From a virus: a stretch of DNA of 64,000 bases. Numbering within the stretch: the first letter of the stretch is position 1; the number at the start of each line of letters is the position of its first letter. The stretch lies in the IMG/VR virus record IMGVR_UViG_3300021185_003853, positions 1 through 64,000 of that record, one strand, 5' to 3'. Positions 34,903 to 43,053 of the stretch are shown piece after piece. The notes beneath the pieces were generated by a model that searched no databases, was not told where the DNA came from, and saw only the letters and a list, made by a program, of their open reading frames with translations. Made by a program: the position numbers and the translations under genes.

Positions 34903-35450
34903 GTTTAAAAGAGTTAACTTGGGAAAATCACAAGTCGGCAGAACGCAAAAAGTTTGCTAGTATTCTAATGAGTGGTGATATAGATCCCTTGTTATATTAC
35001 AGATTTTTATGTAATCAATACTACATGTATATCATGTTAGAAGAAAATTTAAGAATGGCAGGATTCCCACCTAAGTTATGGGACATATTCAGAGCGCCAA
35101 AAATCCTTGAGGATATGGTCGAACTACAAGACGAATATGGATTCATATTTAAACCAAAAGCAGTATATCCACTCACACACAAATACTCGGCACACGTTGA
35201 GACATTGTTCCGTGAAAGACGATACGATGATTTGATTGCTCATATGTATGTTCGTCACTTTGGTGATATGTACGGCGGTGCGATGATTGCTAAGAAGGTT
35301 CCGGGTTCAGGTAAGATGTATGAGTTCGAGAACAAAGAAGAATTAAAAGTGCATCTACGTGAAATGCTTAACGATGATATGGGACCTGAAGCAAATGTAT
35401 GTTTCGAGTACGCAATTGCATTGTTTGAGGAGTTAGGCAAGGAATCATGA
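34899..35450 (+). CDS. hemO: heme oxygenase
   Basis: LKELTWENHKSAE (proximal His), AHMYVRHFGDMYGG, EANVCFEY. Confidence 0.9.
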   Translation: MSLKELTWENHKSAERKKFASILMSGDIDPLLYYRFLCNQYYMYIMLEENLRMAGFPPKLWDIFRAPKILEDMVELQDEYGFIFKPKAVYPLTHKYSAHVETLFRERRYDDLIAHMYVRHFGDMYGGAMIAKKVPGSGKMYEFENKEELKVHLREMLNDDMGPEANVCFEYAIALFEELGKES

Positions 35451-36133
35451 GTTATGTTTGGGATTCGTTAGTCGATCTGCAGAATCATTTTATTGAGACA
35501 TTTGACTCAGTAGCAAAAGAATACAAAGAGTCAGGCATGGAACGATACAACCATGAAGGTTGGATTAATCGTGTATGGAGCAATGATGACTTTAGACGAG
35601 CGCATGTTGATGTTGTCGATGCCCGTGAGGAGAAAGGATTGTGGATGATGCATGTATGCGTATTCCCGCATCTAAGTTCAAACGCTCCTATCTATGGGTT
35701 TGATGTGATTGCTGGACATAAGTTGATGACTGGTGCATTTCATGACTATAGTCCTACAACACAAAAAGATCACCCAATGATTGATTATTTCAATGAACAG
35801 GTTGAACCCTTACAATGGAAACGTGAACGTGATTTGCCGCCTTGGGCGAAAGCAATCTTTAGTGACAAGATGATGGCGGCAAGTGCTGTTAAAGAGCATT
35901 CAGAGATCGATCAAGTTGTATCGACAGCAAAGAATACACTTGATTACTTTGTAAATAATGTGGGACAGTATAATCAAACTTCGAGGCGTAACCCGGTTGT
36001 GTTTGCTCAAAACAACTATGCGCATCACCAAAAACAAAATCCTCACACTCCCCGAGTGATGAAGACCCTAGGATTAAATTCAGACGATGTTGATTCGTTT
36101 ATTAAGAAGTGTTTGTTTCCAGAAGTGAAGTGA
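35447..36133 (+). CDS. pcyX: ferredoxin-dependent bilin reductase (PcyX type)
   Basis: FRRAHVDVVD, MMHVCVFP, PIYGFDVI, AFHDYSP, LPPWAKAIFS, QKQNPHT; ATGA-coupled to hemO. Confidence 0.8.
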   Translation: MSYVWDSLVDLQNHFIETFDSVAKEYKESGMERYNHEGWINRVWSNDDFRRAHVDVVDAREEKGLWMMHVCVFPHLSSNAPIYGFDVIAGHKLMTGAFHDYSPTTQKDHPMIDYFNEQVEPLQWKRERDLPPWAKAIFSDKMMAASAVKEHSEIDQVVSTAKNTLDYFVNNVGQYNQTSRRNPVVFAQNNYAHHQKQNPHTPRVMKTLGLNSDDVDSFIKKCLFPEVK

Positions 36134-36188
36134 TCATTTATGATTGATTATACCGCATTTAAGGTGAAAATAAATCATAAATGATTGG

Positions 36189-36218
36189 TTGACATTGCAG
36201 TATTAGTTATGTTATAAT
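36189..36218 (+). promoter_or_regulatory. sigma70-type promoter
   Basis: TTGACA-N18-TATAAT, extended TG. Confidence 0.75.
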
Positions 36219-36242
36219 GTATGTACAAAGCGAGGTATTATT

Positions 36243-36542
36243 ATGAAGTTAATGTTTTTGAAATTTTACGATGTGTATAACTGGATATTTGATCATAGCA
36301 AAAACCCATTAAGACATATCCCCGACCCATTATCACGCATGTGGATAATGACTGTCCTAGCATGGATGTGGTCAGTCGCATTCGGCATCTATATCGGAAG
36401 CGTGATCTACATGGGAGTCAGTTTAGCAGTACACTTTATATTGTTGTTTATGATTACATTTACTGCTGCAATATTCTTTGAGGCAGAACGTAAGCAATCA
36501 ACATGGTTGTTAAAGTTGAGAAAAGAGCAACAGTATAAATAA
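36243..36542 (+). CDS. membrane protein
   Basis: NPLRHIPD followed by two TMs (LAWMWSVAF). Confidence 0.7.
   Translation: MKLMFLKFYDVYNWIFDHSKNPLRHIPDPLSRMWIMTVLAWMWSVAFGIYIGSVIYMGVSLAVHFILLFMITFTAAIFFEAERKQSTWLLKLRKEQQYK
36534..36541 (+). promoter_or_regulatory. T4-type late promoter
   Basis: TATAAATA. Confidence 0.6.
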
Positions 36543-36734
36543 AACATTCTATGAAACACACTAGTGTCCAGTTAAGTTTGGAACACATCTGATAAAGTGG
36601 CTAGTGGGTTTTTGATGGGGTGTGGTTACCTAGCAACAGAACAAACCATTTAATCAAAAGAGGATGTGGCTTAGTTCACCACGGCACGGATGCCAAACGA
36701 ACTACTTTATTATTTTTTAACTTGGAACTTTATT

Positions 36735-36998
36735 ATGACAAATTCAATTATCATTCCATCATCTGATGCTGACAAGCAACGCATCAAGGGTGCGATGGAA
36801 GAAATCAGTAATGCATATACCCGTGTCGAAGCGGAACGTGACTTTATTAAAGAGGCAATCGTTGCTTTATCAGAAGATGTAGATATCCCGAAAAAATACT
36901 TATCTAAAATGGCGACAATGTATCACAAGAACAATGTGAGCGAAGTTGTTGCTGAAATCGAAGACATTGAGGCGCTGATCGAAACAATCAGCAGATAA
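36735..36998 (+). CDS. dsbA: double-stranded DNA-binding protein (T4 DsbA-like)
   Basis: EISNAYTRVEAERDFIKE...IPKKYLSKMATMYHK; position upstream of 33-59-32. Confidence 0.7.
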   Translation: MTNSIIIPSSDADKQRIKGAMEEISNAYTRVEAERDFIKEAIVALSEDVDIPKKYLSKMATMYHKNNVSEVVAEIEDIEALIETISR

Positions 36999-37002
36999 TC
37001 AT

Positions 37003-37203
37003 ATGAGTGATGAAAAAGAACTTATTGACTTTTCAATCGATCTTGATGAACAAGGCAGATCAGGAATGAGTTGGAAGAACTTAAAACTGTATGGGAATGA
37101 AAGATATGATTACGGTGTGAAGCCACTTGAAGAGATCAATCTCGGTGATGATTCATACACTCCCAACGATCAAGTAAAGATTAAATTTGATGTAATGCCG
37201 TGA
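37003..37203 (+). CDS. hypothetical protein
   Basis: Short ORF in operon. Confidence 0.55.
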   Translation: MSDEKELIDFSIDLDEQGRSGMSWKNLKLYGNERYDYGVKPLEEINLGDDSYTPNDQVKIKFDVMP

Positions 37204-37385
37204 AAAAGTGGTGGCGTATATGGGCAAAGTCTCTCGGGGAAAAAGTAGGAGAGACTGATAAGCAAGCAGATACTGTAGCAATGATCAGAACATTCTGGTG
37301 GTTGGTTCATATATCAACATGCTTCTTTATCATCCTAAACGCAATTGCAACACACGGTTGGAAATTAATAGGAATAGGAAATTGA
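37200..37385 (+). CDS. small membrane protein
   Basis: WRIWAKSLGEK...AD.VA.IRT motif plus TM. Confidence 0.7.
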   Translation: MKKWWRIWAKSLGEKVGETDKQADTVAMIRTFWWLVHISTCFFIILNAIATHGWKLIGIGN

Positions 37386-37387
37386 GA

Positions 37388-37594
37388 ATGAAATTAATCG
37401 CAACGCATTTTAAAGAGGAAGCATCAGGTCGAGCAACAGCAGAGATCTATGAAGCGTCTAATGGATTTAGCATCAGGTACATTGACCCAGCAGGTCAAGT
37501 GTTAGCAACAGAAACCCACCCAGGCAAATCATTGCAATGGGTTGAAGATGCCGCTGAGAATTGGGCACTAGGAATAAAACTACTCAATGAATAA
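37388..37594 (+). CDS. hypothetical protein
   Basis: 3' part of ORF 37298..37594; KSLQWVEDAAENWALG. Confidence 0.65.
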   Translation: MKLIATHFKEEASGRATAEIYEASNGFSIRYIDPAGQVLATETHPGKSLQWVEDAAENWALGIKLLNE

Positions 37595-37829
37595 ATTAGA
37601 TTCACAACTCAACTCTGAAAAGATTATGAAAGAGATATCTGGCATGATAGCACAAGGCGTTCCATACATTGATGCTATTGTTGAATATTGCGAGATTCAT
37701 TCTCTCGAGATTGAAGTGGCAGGTGAGATCATACGCAGAAGTCCTATCCTCAAAGCGAAGATACATGAGGAGGCAGAACATCTTAATTTAGTACAATCAG
37801 TAGTGAGGTTGCCCGCTGATGTACTCTGA
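37587..37829 (+). CDS. gp33: late-transcription coactivator gp33
   Basis: YIDAIVEYCE...LKAKIHEEAEHLNL; synteny with 59 and 32. Confidence 0.88.
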   Translation: MNKLDSQLNSEKIMKEISGMIAQGVPYIDAIVEYCEIHSLEIEVAGEIIRRSPILKAKIHEEAEHLNLVQSVVRLPADVL

Positions 37830-38421
37830 TCGTGAAGCGTTTAATCTTTTTCAGTATTACATTGCTGTTAAGCAGCACTTTACAACTGACTATGACTTCT
37901 TCAAATATAATGGGAAGATGCGACTCAAGGAGTCATCTTTTGAAACTCGTAAGGACAAATTCTTCTTCCACAAACTGTCGAAGAAAGACGAACCCAAAAA
38001 CAGAATCCTAGCGAACTTAGTTGTCAATCCTAAAGCATGGATAGGCGATATAGTAGACAAGGAATCGTGTAATGAGGTTTACACTGAATGGGCAAAGCGT
38101 CAACAACAATTGCGCTATACGTTCAAGCAAGACCTAGCAGAACTTGATGATGACTTTGATAAGGAGTTCAAAGTAGTGAGTGGGCAAAACCCACACGTTA
38201 TTAACCTACACTTGCAACACCGGGTTAATTTGGAGACACTAGTGATCCTGGATGATCTACTATTGTGTTTCCGTTATTGGGAGAACCACGTAACTGATCG
38301 TGTACTTTTTCCTAATATAAATAAAAGTGTCAATAAATATCGACCGTTTATGATGAAAGAAGGTTATGAATTTGAAAAATTCCGTTCGATTTTGGTTGAC
38401 AAGTACGATGATATATGTTAA
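37819..38421 (+). CDS. gp59: helicase loader gp59
   Basis: YIAVKQHFT.DYDFFKYNGK, RKDKFFF.KL, LETLVILD, KYRPF. Confidence 0.92.
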   Translation: MYSDREAFNLFQYYIAVKQHFTTDYDFFKYNGKMRLKESSFETRKDKFFFHKLSKKDEPKNRILANLVVNPKAWIGDIVDKESCNEVYTEWAKRQQQLRYTFKQDLAELDDDFDKEFKVVSGQNPHVINLHLQHRVNLETLVILDDLLLCFRYWENHVTDRVLFPNINKSVNKYRPFMMKEGYEFEKFRSILVDKYDDIC

Positions 38422-38424
38422 AAT
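38396..38424 (+). promoter_or_regulatory. sigma70-type promoter for gene 32 (a late TATAAATA also lies at 38316-38323)
   Basis: TTGACA-N17-TAAAAT, extended TG. Confidence 0.7.
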
Positions 38425-38499
38425 ATGTCAAGTACGAATAATTATATAAACCTAATATATCGCACATAACGCAATACAACGTCAATACAGGAGCAACCT

Positions 38500-39474
38500 A
38501 TGACTAGCAATTTTGCATCACTAAAGAAGTCCCGTTCAGGGTCTTTCGACAAACTCAATTCTCAACTTCAAAAGATGAACACCTCTGGGGGTAACAACTC
38601 AAAGGATGATGATATGTGGAAGTTGGAAGTTGACAAAGCGGGTAACGGTTACGCTGTTCTTCGCTTCCTTCCTGCGCCATCAGGAGAAGATATGCCTTTC
38701 GTTCGTATCTGGGATCACGGATTCCAGGGTCCAGGCGGTTGGTACATCGAAAACTCTTTGACCACTCTAGGTCAAGATGATCCTGTTTCTGAATACAACA
38801 GCAAGTTATGGAATTCTGGTGTGGATTCCGACAAGGATGTAGCACGTAAACAGAAACGCCGTCTTAACTACATGGCGAATGTATATGTAGTAAAAGACCC
38901 TACCAATCCACAGAACGAAGGCAAAGTGTTTAAGTTCAAGTTTGGTAAGAAAATCTTTGATAAACTAAATGATGTTATGAATCCTCAGTTCCCTGATGAA
39001 GCACCTATCAACCCATTTGATTTTTGGGAAGGCGCTAACTTCAATCTGAAAGCACGTAATGTTGAAGGTTATCGAAACTATGATAAGTCAGATTTCTCTG
39101 CTCCTGCTGTTCTAACGAACTCGCAAGGTGTTGATTTATCTGATGAAGAAATGGAGGGTGTATGGGAACAACAACACTCTTTAGCAGAACTGATCGATCC
39201 TAAAAACTTCAAGTCATATGCTGAACTTCAAGCGAAGTTATATAAAGTATTGGCACTTGATGGCAGTGCTCACGCACCCAAAAATACTGCCGAGGACGAC
39301 AGTGGGGAGATGGATTTCACTCCGAAATTCAAAGCGCAAGAGGCAGCACCTGTCTCAACAGCGACTGCACCAGCGCAAGCGGCAGCAGAATCTCCTCTAG
39401 AATCTCGCTTTGCGGATAGCAGCAATGATGATGAAACGCTTGATTTCTTTAAGAATCTAGCGAATGATGATTAA
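38500..39474 (+). CDS. gp32: single-stranded DNA-binding protein gp32
   Basis: DKAGNGYAVLRFLP, HGFQGPGGWYIENSLTT, FGKKIFDK, NYDKSDF, acidic tail. Confidence 0.97.
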   Translation: MTSNFASLKKSRSGSFDKLNSQLQKMNTSGGNNSKDDDMWKLEVDKAGNGYAVLRFLPAPSGEDMPFVRIWDHGFQGPGGWYIENSLTTLGQDDPVSEYNSKLWNSGVDSDKDVARKQKRRLNYMANVYVVKDPTNPQNEGKVFKFKFGKKIFDKLNDVMNPQFPDEAPINPFDFWEGANFNLKARNVEGYRNYDKSDFSAPAVLTNSQGVDLSDEEMEGVWEQQHSLAELIDPKNFKSYAELQAKLYKVLALDGSAHAPKNTAEDDSGEMDFTPKFKAQEAAPVSTATAPAQAAAESPLESRFADSSNDDETLDFFKNLANDD

Positions 39475-39494
39475 TATGTTATCTTGAGATTCGG

Positions 39495-39530
39495 AAAGGG
39501 CGGGGTCAAGGATGGCCTCGCCTTTTTTTT
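39495..39530. terminator. Rho-independent terminator between convergent genes
   Basis: AAAGGGCGGGGTC-AAGGAT-GGCCTCGCC followed by T8. Confidence 0.8.
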
Positions 39531-41694
39531 AAGCAGTGGCAGTTGCTACTAAAGCACCATTTGCTGGTGTTGCGGCCGCAAAGTTGTTTGTCGTGCTTTT
39601 ATTAATGACAGTATTATCGCCGCCTTTATTTACATTACCGCCACTATTAACAACCTGAACATTGCTTGTATCATTTGACCCTGTAGGACCGCCTCTTAAT
39701 CTTGTGCTTGCTTGAGTAGCAACACTTCCTTGACTTGTGCCGAGTATTTCATTCACCTTGCCCATTGCGATTGCTAATCCGTCAAGGTCTATATCAGGGT
39801 TATCAATCAAACCTTTTCCGAAATCAATCTCTGGGCCGTCAAAGAATCCTTCTCCTACCTTACCGCCTTTAGTCAACCCTTGAAGTAGCGGGATTGATTG
39901 ACCAAGTTTTGTTGCCATTCCTTCAAAATCAAGATCATTTGAATTGAACTTGATGCCAGAGAACTTAGTCATTGCTACAGCAATTCGTTCCAGCGCATTT
40001 GCTCCCTTTGTCAATCCCTCAGAGTTATCAGCAATGCCTTGAATTTGTGTGAACATATTATCTTCAGGATTTTTGCCGCCTGACAAGAAGTTTGCAATTG
40101 CTATGCCTACACCTTTAAATGCTGCACCAAATTGTGCTGACGAAAATGCTGATAATCCGTTTGAAATCCCTGTCATTGTGTTCTGAAACGCAGCACCATC
40201 AATTGCATTAATTGTTGTAAAATCAATTGATTCAATAGGCGCCAACATTTCCTTTAGACCCTCGAATGGGCCTTTTGCTTGCTGCGCTTCCTTACCTGTG
40301 AAGAATGAAACAATCATATTCTTCATGTTAGTCAAGCCTTCAGCGACTTTAGTAGCGCCTAATGATATTAGCATGGTAGCCATACCAGCACCTAAACCTG
40401 CCATACCTAACCCTAGGTTTGCAAAGTTGCTTCCGTCAATACCGTTGAATCCTTTTAACCCATCAGCGATATTAATCATGATACTTTTAAGGCCGGAACC
40501 GTCAGCGCCAACCAAACTTGCAACGCCGCCGCCCATTGCTATGCCCGATATGAAGCCGCCGAGACCTAAACCGATTGCAGTCGCACCTACTGCTGCTAAT
40601 CCTGCTACTGCAACGCCGCCAGGAACAGCGCCAAATATTGCCCCCGCTGCGAATAATCCCGTCAATCCTAACAATTGCCCGTCTGAGAATGCACTCAACC
40701 CCTCAGCAATATTTGTTGCAACTGTTTTAAATCCTGCGCCATCAAATCCCGCAAGTTCTGCTAATCCTCCGCCTGCTGCGATACCTCCAACGAATCCGCC
40801 AATACCTGCACCGATAGCAGTCATACCAACTGCCATTTTAAACGCACCACCTAACCCGCCAAATGCAGCGAACAATCCGCCAGCGGCAAGCATTCCACCT
40901 AATACTTTTGCAGTATCACCAGACATTGAACTGGCAAATGCCTCTAATCCTTTACCGACATTTTCTGCTTGAGTGGGAAAGTTAGATAAGTCAAGATTCA
41001 TAGCATCTATTGCTGTACTGGATGCTGCCAATCCACCAATAAACCCACCTATGCCTAAACCTATAGCAGTCATACCAACTGCTGCTAATCCTGATCTTTT
41101 CGCACCACCAAAGGCGCCAAACAGTGCACCAGTACCGAGCAATCCTGCAAGAGCTGCTCCGTTACTTAAATTAAATTTAGATAGACCCGTAGCAAGATTG
41201 CCCATTAATGAAACAAGGTGTTCGCCCGTTCCTAATTTACGTGCAGCTGCATCAGCGACTGCTAATCCTCCAATGAATCCGCCTATACCTGCACCAAGTG
41301 CTGCAAGACCCACACCTGCGCCAGCAAGTTTCATGAATAATCCTAAGCCGCCGCCGATACCCTTTTCGACTCCACGAGAAACGCCGCCACGGATTGTTGT
41401 GCCTTCTGAATCTGCAAGTCCTCTTACAGGCTTTTCTTTTGTAGAGAAAAACTTTGCAAAGAAACCTTTCTGTGCTGTCTCGCCTAATTTTTCATTTCTT
41501 ACAGCATCTTTTCTTTGCTCTGCCTGATTAGACATGAAGTTAAATAGCGTACTGTGAATAGAGTTTAAATGCGTGTTCGTTTGATCCAATGATTTGACCA
41601 TTGAATCTAATGCAGGTGTCAACGAGTTAAGCGTTTCCTTTGATAAGGTTACAACTTGTGGTGTGGGGCGTTTTTTAGGCGGTTTTTGTGCCAT
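39529..41694 (-). CDS. tape-measure-like protein (gp29 position)
   Basis: 721 aa Gly/Ala-rich helical repeats (AVG.TAIG.G.GGF.GG.A); last gene of the 54-26-51 operon. Confidence 0.65.
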   Translation of the reverse strand: MAQKPPKKRPTPQVVTLSKETLNSLTPALDSMVKSLDQTNTHLNSIHSTLFNFMSNQAEQRKDAVRNEKLGETAQKGFFAKFFSTKEKPVRGLADSEGTTIRGGVSRGVEKGIGGGLGLFMKLAGAGVGLAALGAGIGGFIGGLAVADAAARKLGTGEHLVSLMGNLATGLSKFNLSNGAALAGLLGTGALFGAFGGAKRSGLAAVGMTAIGLGIGGFIGGLAASSTAIDAMNLDLSNFPTQAENVGKGLEAFASSMSGDTAKVLGGMLAAGGLFAAFGGLGGAFKMAVGMTAIGAGIGGFVGGIAAGGGLAELAGFDGAGFKTVATNIAEGLSAFSDGQLLGLTGLFAAGAIFGAVPGGVAVAGLAAVGATAIGLGLGGFISGIAMGGGVASLVGADGSGLKSIMINIADGLKGFNGIDGSNFANLGLGMAGLGAGMATMLISLGATKVAEGLTNMKNMIVSFFTGKEAQQAKGPFEGLKEMLAPIESIDFTTINAIDGAAFQNTMTGISNGLSAFSSAQFGAAFKGVGIAIANFLSGGKNPEDNMFTQIQGIADNSEGLTKGANALERIAVAMTKFSGIKFNSNDLDFEGMATKLGQSIPLLQGLTKGGKVGEGFFDGPEIDFGKGLIDNPDIDLDGLAIAMGKVNEILGTSQGSVATQASTRLRGGPTGSNDTSNVQVVNSGGNVNKGGDNTVINKSTTNNFAAATPANGALVATATA

Positions 41695-41698
41695 TTAC

Positions 41699-41815
41699 TT
41701 AGTCCTTAAATTTACTATCGATCCAGCATTTACCATAGTAAAGGATACCTAGCCAGACGGTGAACAATACACCGTCAAGGTATGATAATGAATTCCACGC
41801 TTCAACAGGATCCAT
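41699..41815 (-). CDS. small membrane peptide (38 aa)
   Basis: Hand translation MDPVEAWNSLSYLDGVLFTVWLGILYYGKCWIDSKFKD*. Confidence 0.55.
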   Translation of the reverse strand: MDPVEAWNSLSYLDGVLFTVWLGILYYGKCWIDSKFKD

Positions 41816-41816
41816 T

Positions 41817-42137
41817 TTATTTCTTCTTCATTGCTTGTGTGCCGAAGAAAGCAGCAACGATACCAGCAACAGCAACAAAGTATGTTGGTGCCATATCGCC
41901 TAATGTTTCTTGTGCTTGATCTAATCCTGCCATAGAAGCGCAAACAACTGCGAATGGATACAATAGCATACCTCCTAATGAAAACCATGCCATGTTACGC
42001 TGTGCATCACGCATAGCATCAGCATCTTCTAACTCTTTGCGCTTAAACTCAAGATACATTTGCTCTTCTGCGTCACTTACCTTACCATCGCCGTTTGAAT
42101 CAGCGGGATGATATACTTTAACTTGTTCGTCAGACAT
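41817..42137 (-). CDS. two-TM membrane protein with EF-hand-like loop
   Basis: DSNGDGKVSDAE; two TMs; basic C-terminus; AGGAG SD. Confidence 0.7.
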   Translation of the reverse strand: MSDEQVKVYHPADSNGDGKVSDAEEQMYLEFKRKELEDADAMRDAQRNMAWFSLGGMLLYPFAVVCASMAGLDQAQETLGDMAPTYFVAVAGIVAAFFGTQAMKKK

Positions 42138-42146
42138 TACATCTCC

Positions 42147-42323
42147 TTACATTGCGTTCTTTTCTTGTTGTTTAGAATCTTCAATAAACTGTAATAACAT
42201 ATCAAGGTAAATATCCCTCTCATATGGTATTATGTTTTCTATTTCGCTTATCTGATATTTATAATGTTGAGCCAGTGCAAACACGTTTTGATAATATAAT
42301 GCCAACGTGTTATGGACCAACAT
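42147..42323 (-). CDS. gp51-like baseplate/tail assembly protein (58 aa)
   Basis: Hand translation MLVHNTLALYYQNVFALAQHYKYQISEIENIIPYERDIYLDMLLQFIE... Confidence 0.8.
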   Translation of the reverse strand: MLVHNTLALYYQNVFALAQHYKYQISEIENIIPYERDIYLDMLLQFIEDSKQQEKNAM

Positions 42324-43033
42324 TAAGTAAAAAAAGTGTCCATCCCCTCCATATTGAAGGTTTTGTCTTTTCCAGTATTATCTGTATAATTTACAGAGTA
42401 TTTCATTTTGGGACTTGTAGCAAAAAACTGTTGTAGCTGTTCCACTGTTGATGTTGTAAATTGCTCTACAAATTCTTCAATCTCCTTAGGAGAGAAGTCG
42501 CTAAAGCTATATACCTCATCAGTAGTGCTGTCAACTAATGTTTCGATACATGCTACCATCGTATTAAACAATATATTCGCCTCTGATTCACCTTCAACGT
42601 CTTGCAACCCAGCAAGTTCATTGATAGTAGGATATCTCATCATCATAAAGTATTGATCGTTTAGTTCAACTTTTTTTACGTGATCTGGGTCACGAGTTAT
42701 TTGTATTTCGTCAATATCAACCTTTAATTCTACTTCTTCTTCTGTGTCAGGATCTTGAATCGTAAATTTAATTTCATTGTTGACTGACTTTGCTCTGACC
42801 TGCAACATAATGTATTCAAGGTCAAATACTGACAGTGTATCAACGTCAACATCTTGACAACAATTGTTAACAATTTGTTTAACTGCAAGAACAATTTGTT
42901 CTATATCACCCGACTCACGAGCGATTAAAAGAACTTTTTCCTCTTTAACAGTGAAAGGTCTAAAGGTAATCTTTTTTTCCGTAGAAGGAACAGTGAGTTC
43001 GAATAACGGTTGATCAATCTTGGGTAATCCCAT
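42323..43033 (-). CDS. gp26-like baseplate hub assembly protein
   Basis: MGLPKI..P.FEL.VPST, FRPFTVKEEKVLL, FDLEYIMLQVRAKSV, MRYP, C-terminal EGMDTFF. Confidence 0.85.
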   Translation of the reverse strand: MGLPKIDQPLFELTVPSTEKKITFRPFTVKEEKVLLIARESGDIEQIVLAVKQIVNNCCQDVDVDTLSVFDLEYIMLQVRAKSVNNEIKFTIQDPDTEEEVELKVDIDEIQITRDPDHVKKVELNDQYFMMMRYPTINELAGLQDVEGESEANILFNTMVACIETLVDSTTDEVYSFSDFSPKEIEEFVEQFTTSTVEQLQQFFATSPKMKYSVNYTDNTGKDKTFNMEGMDTFFT

Positions 43034-43053
43034 ATTATACTCCTATAAAATAA

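Noticed and set aside
36585-36600. CTGATAA as a hammerhead ribozyme core
   Set aside because: Core requires CTGANGA plus a correctly placed GAAA; not present
40298-41527. Long plus-strand ORFs (224 and 184 aa) rich in Pro/Ala/Asn
   Set aside because: Antisense shadows of the Gly/Ala-rich tape-measure-like gene; no SD or promoter
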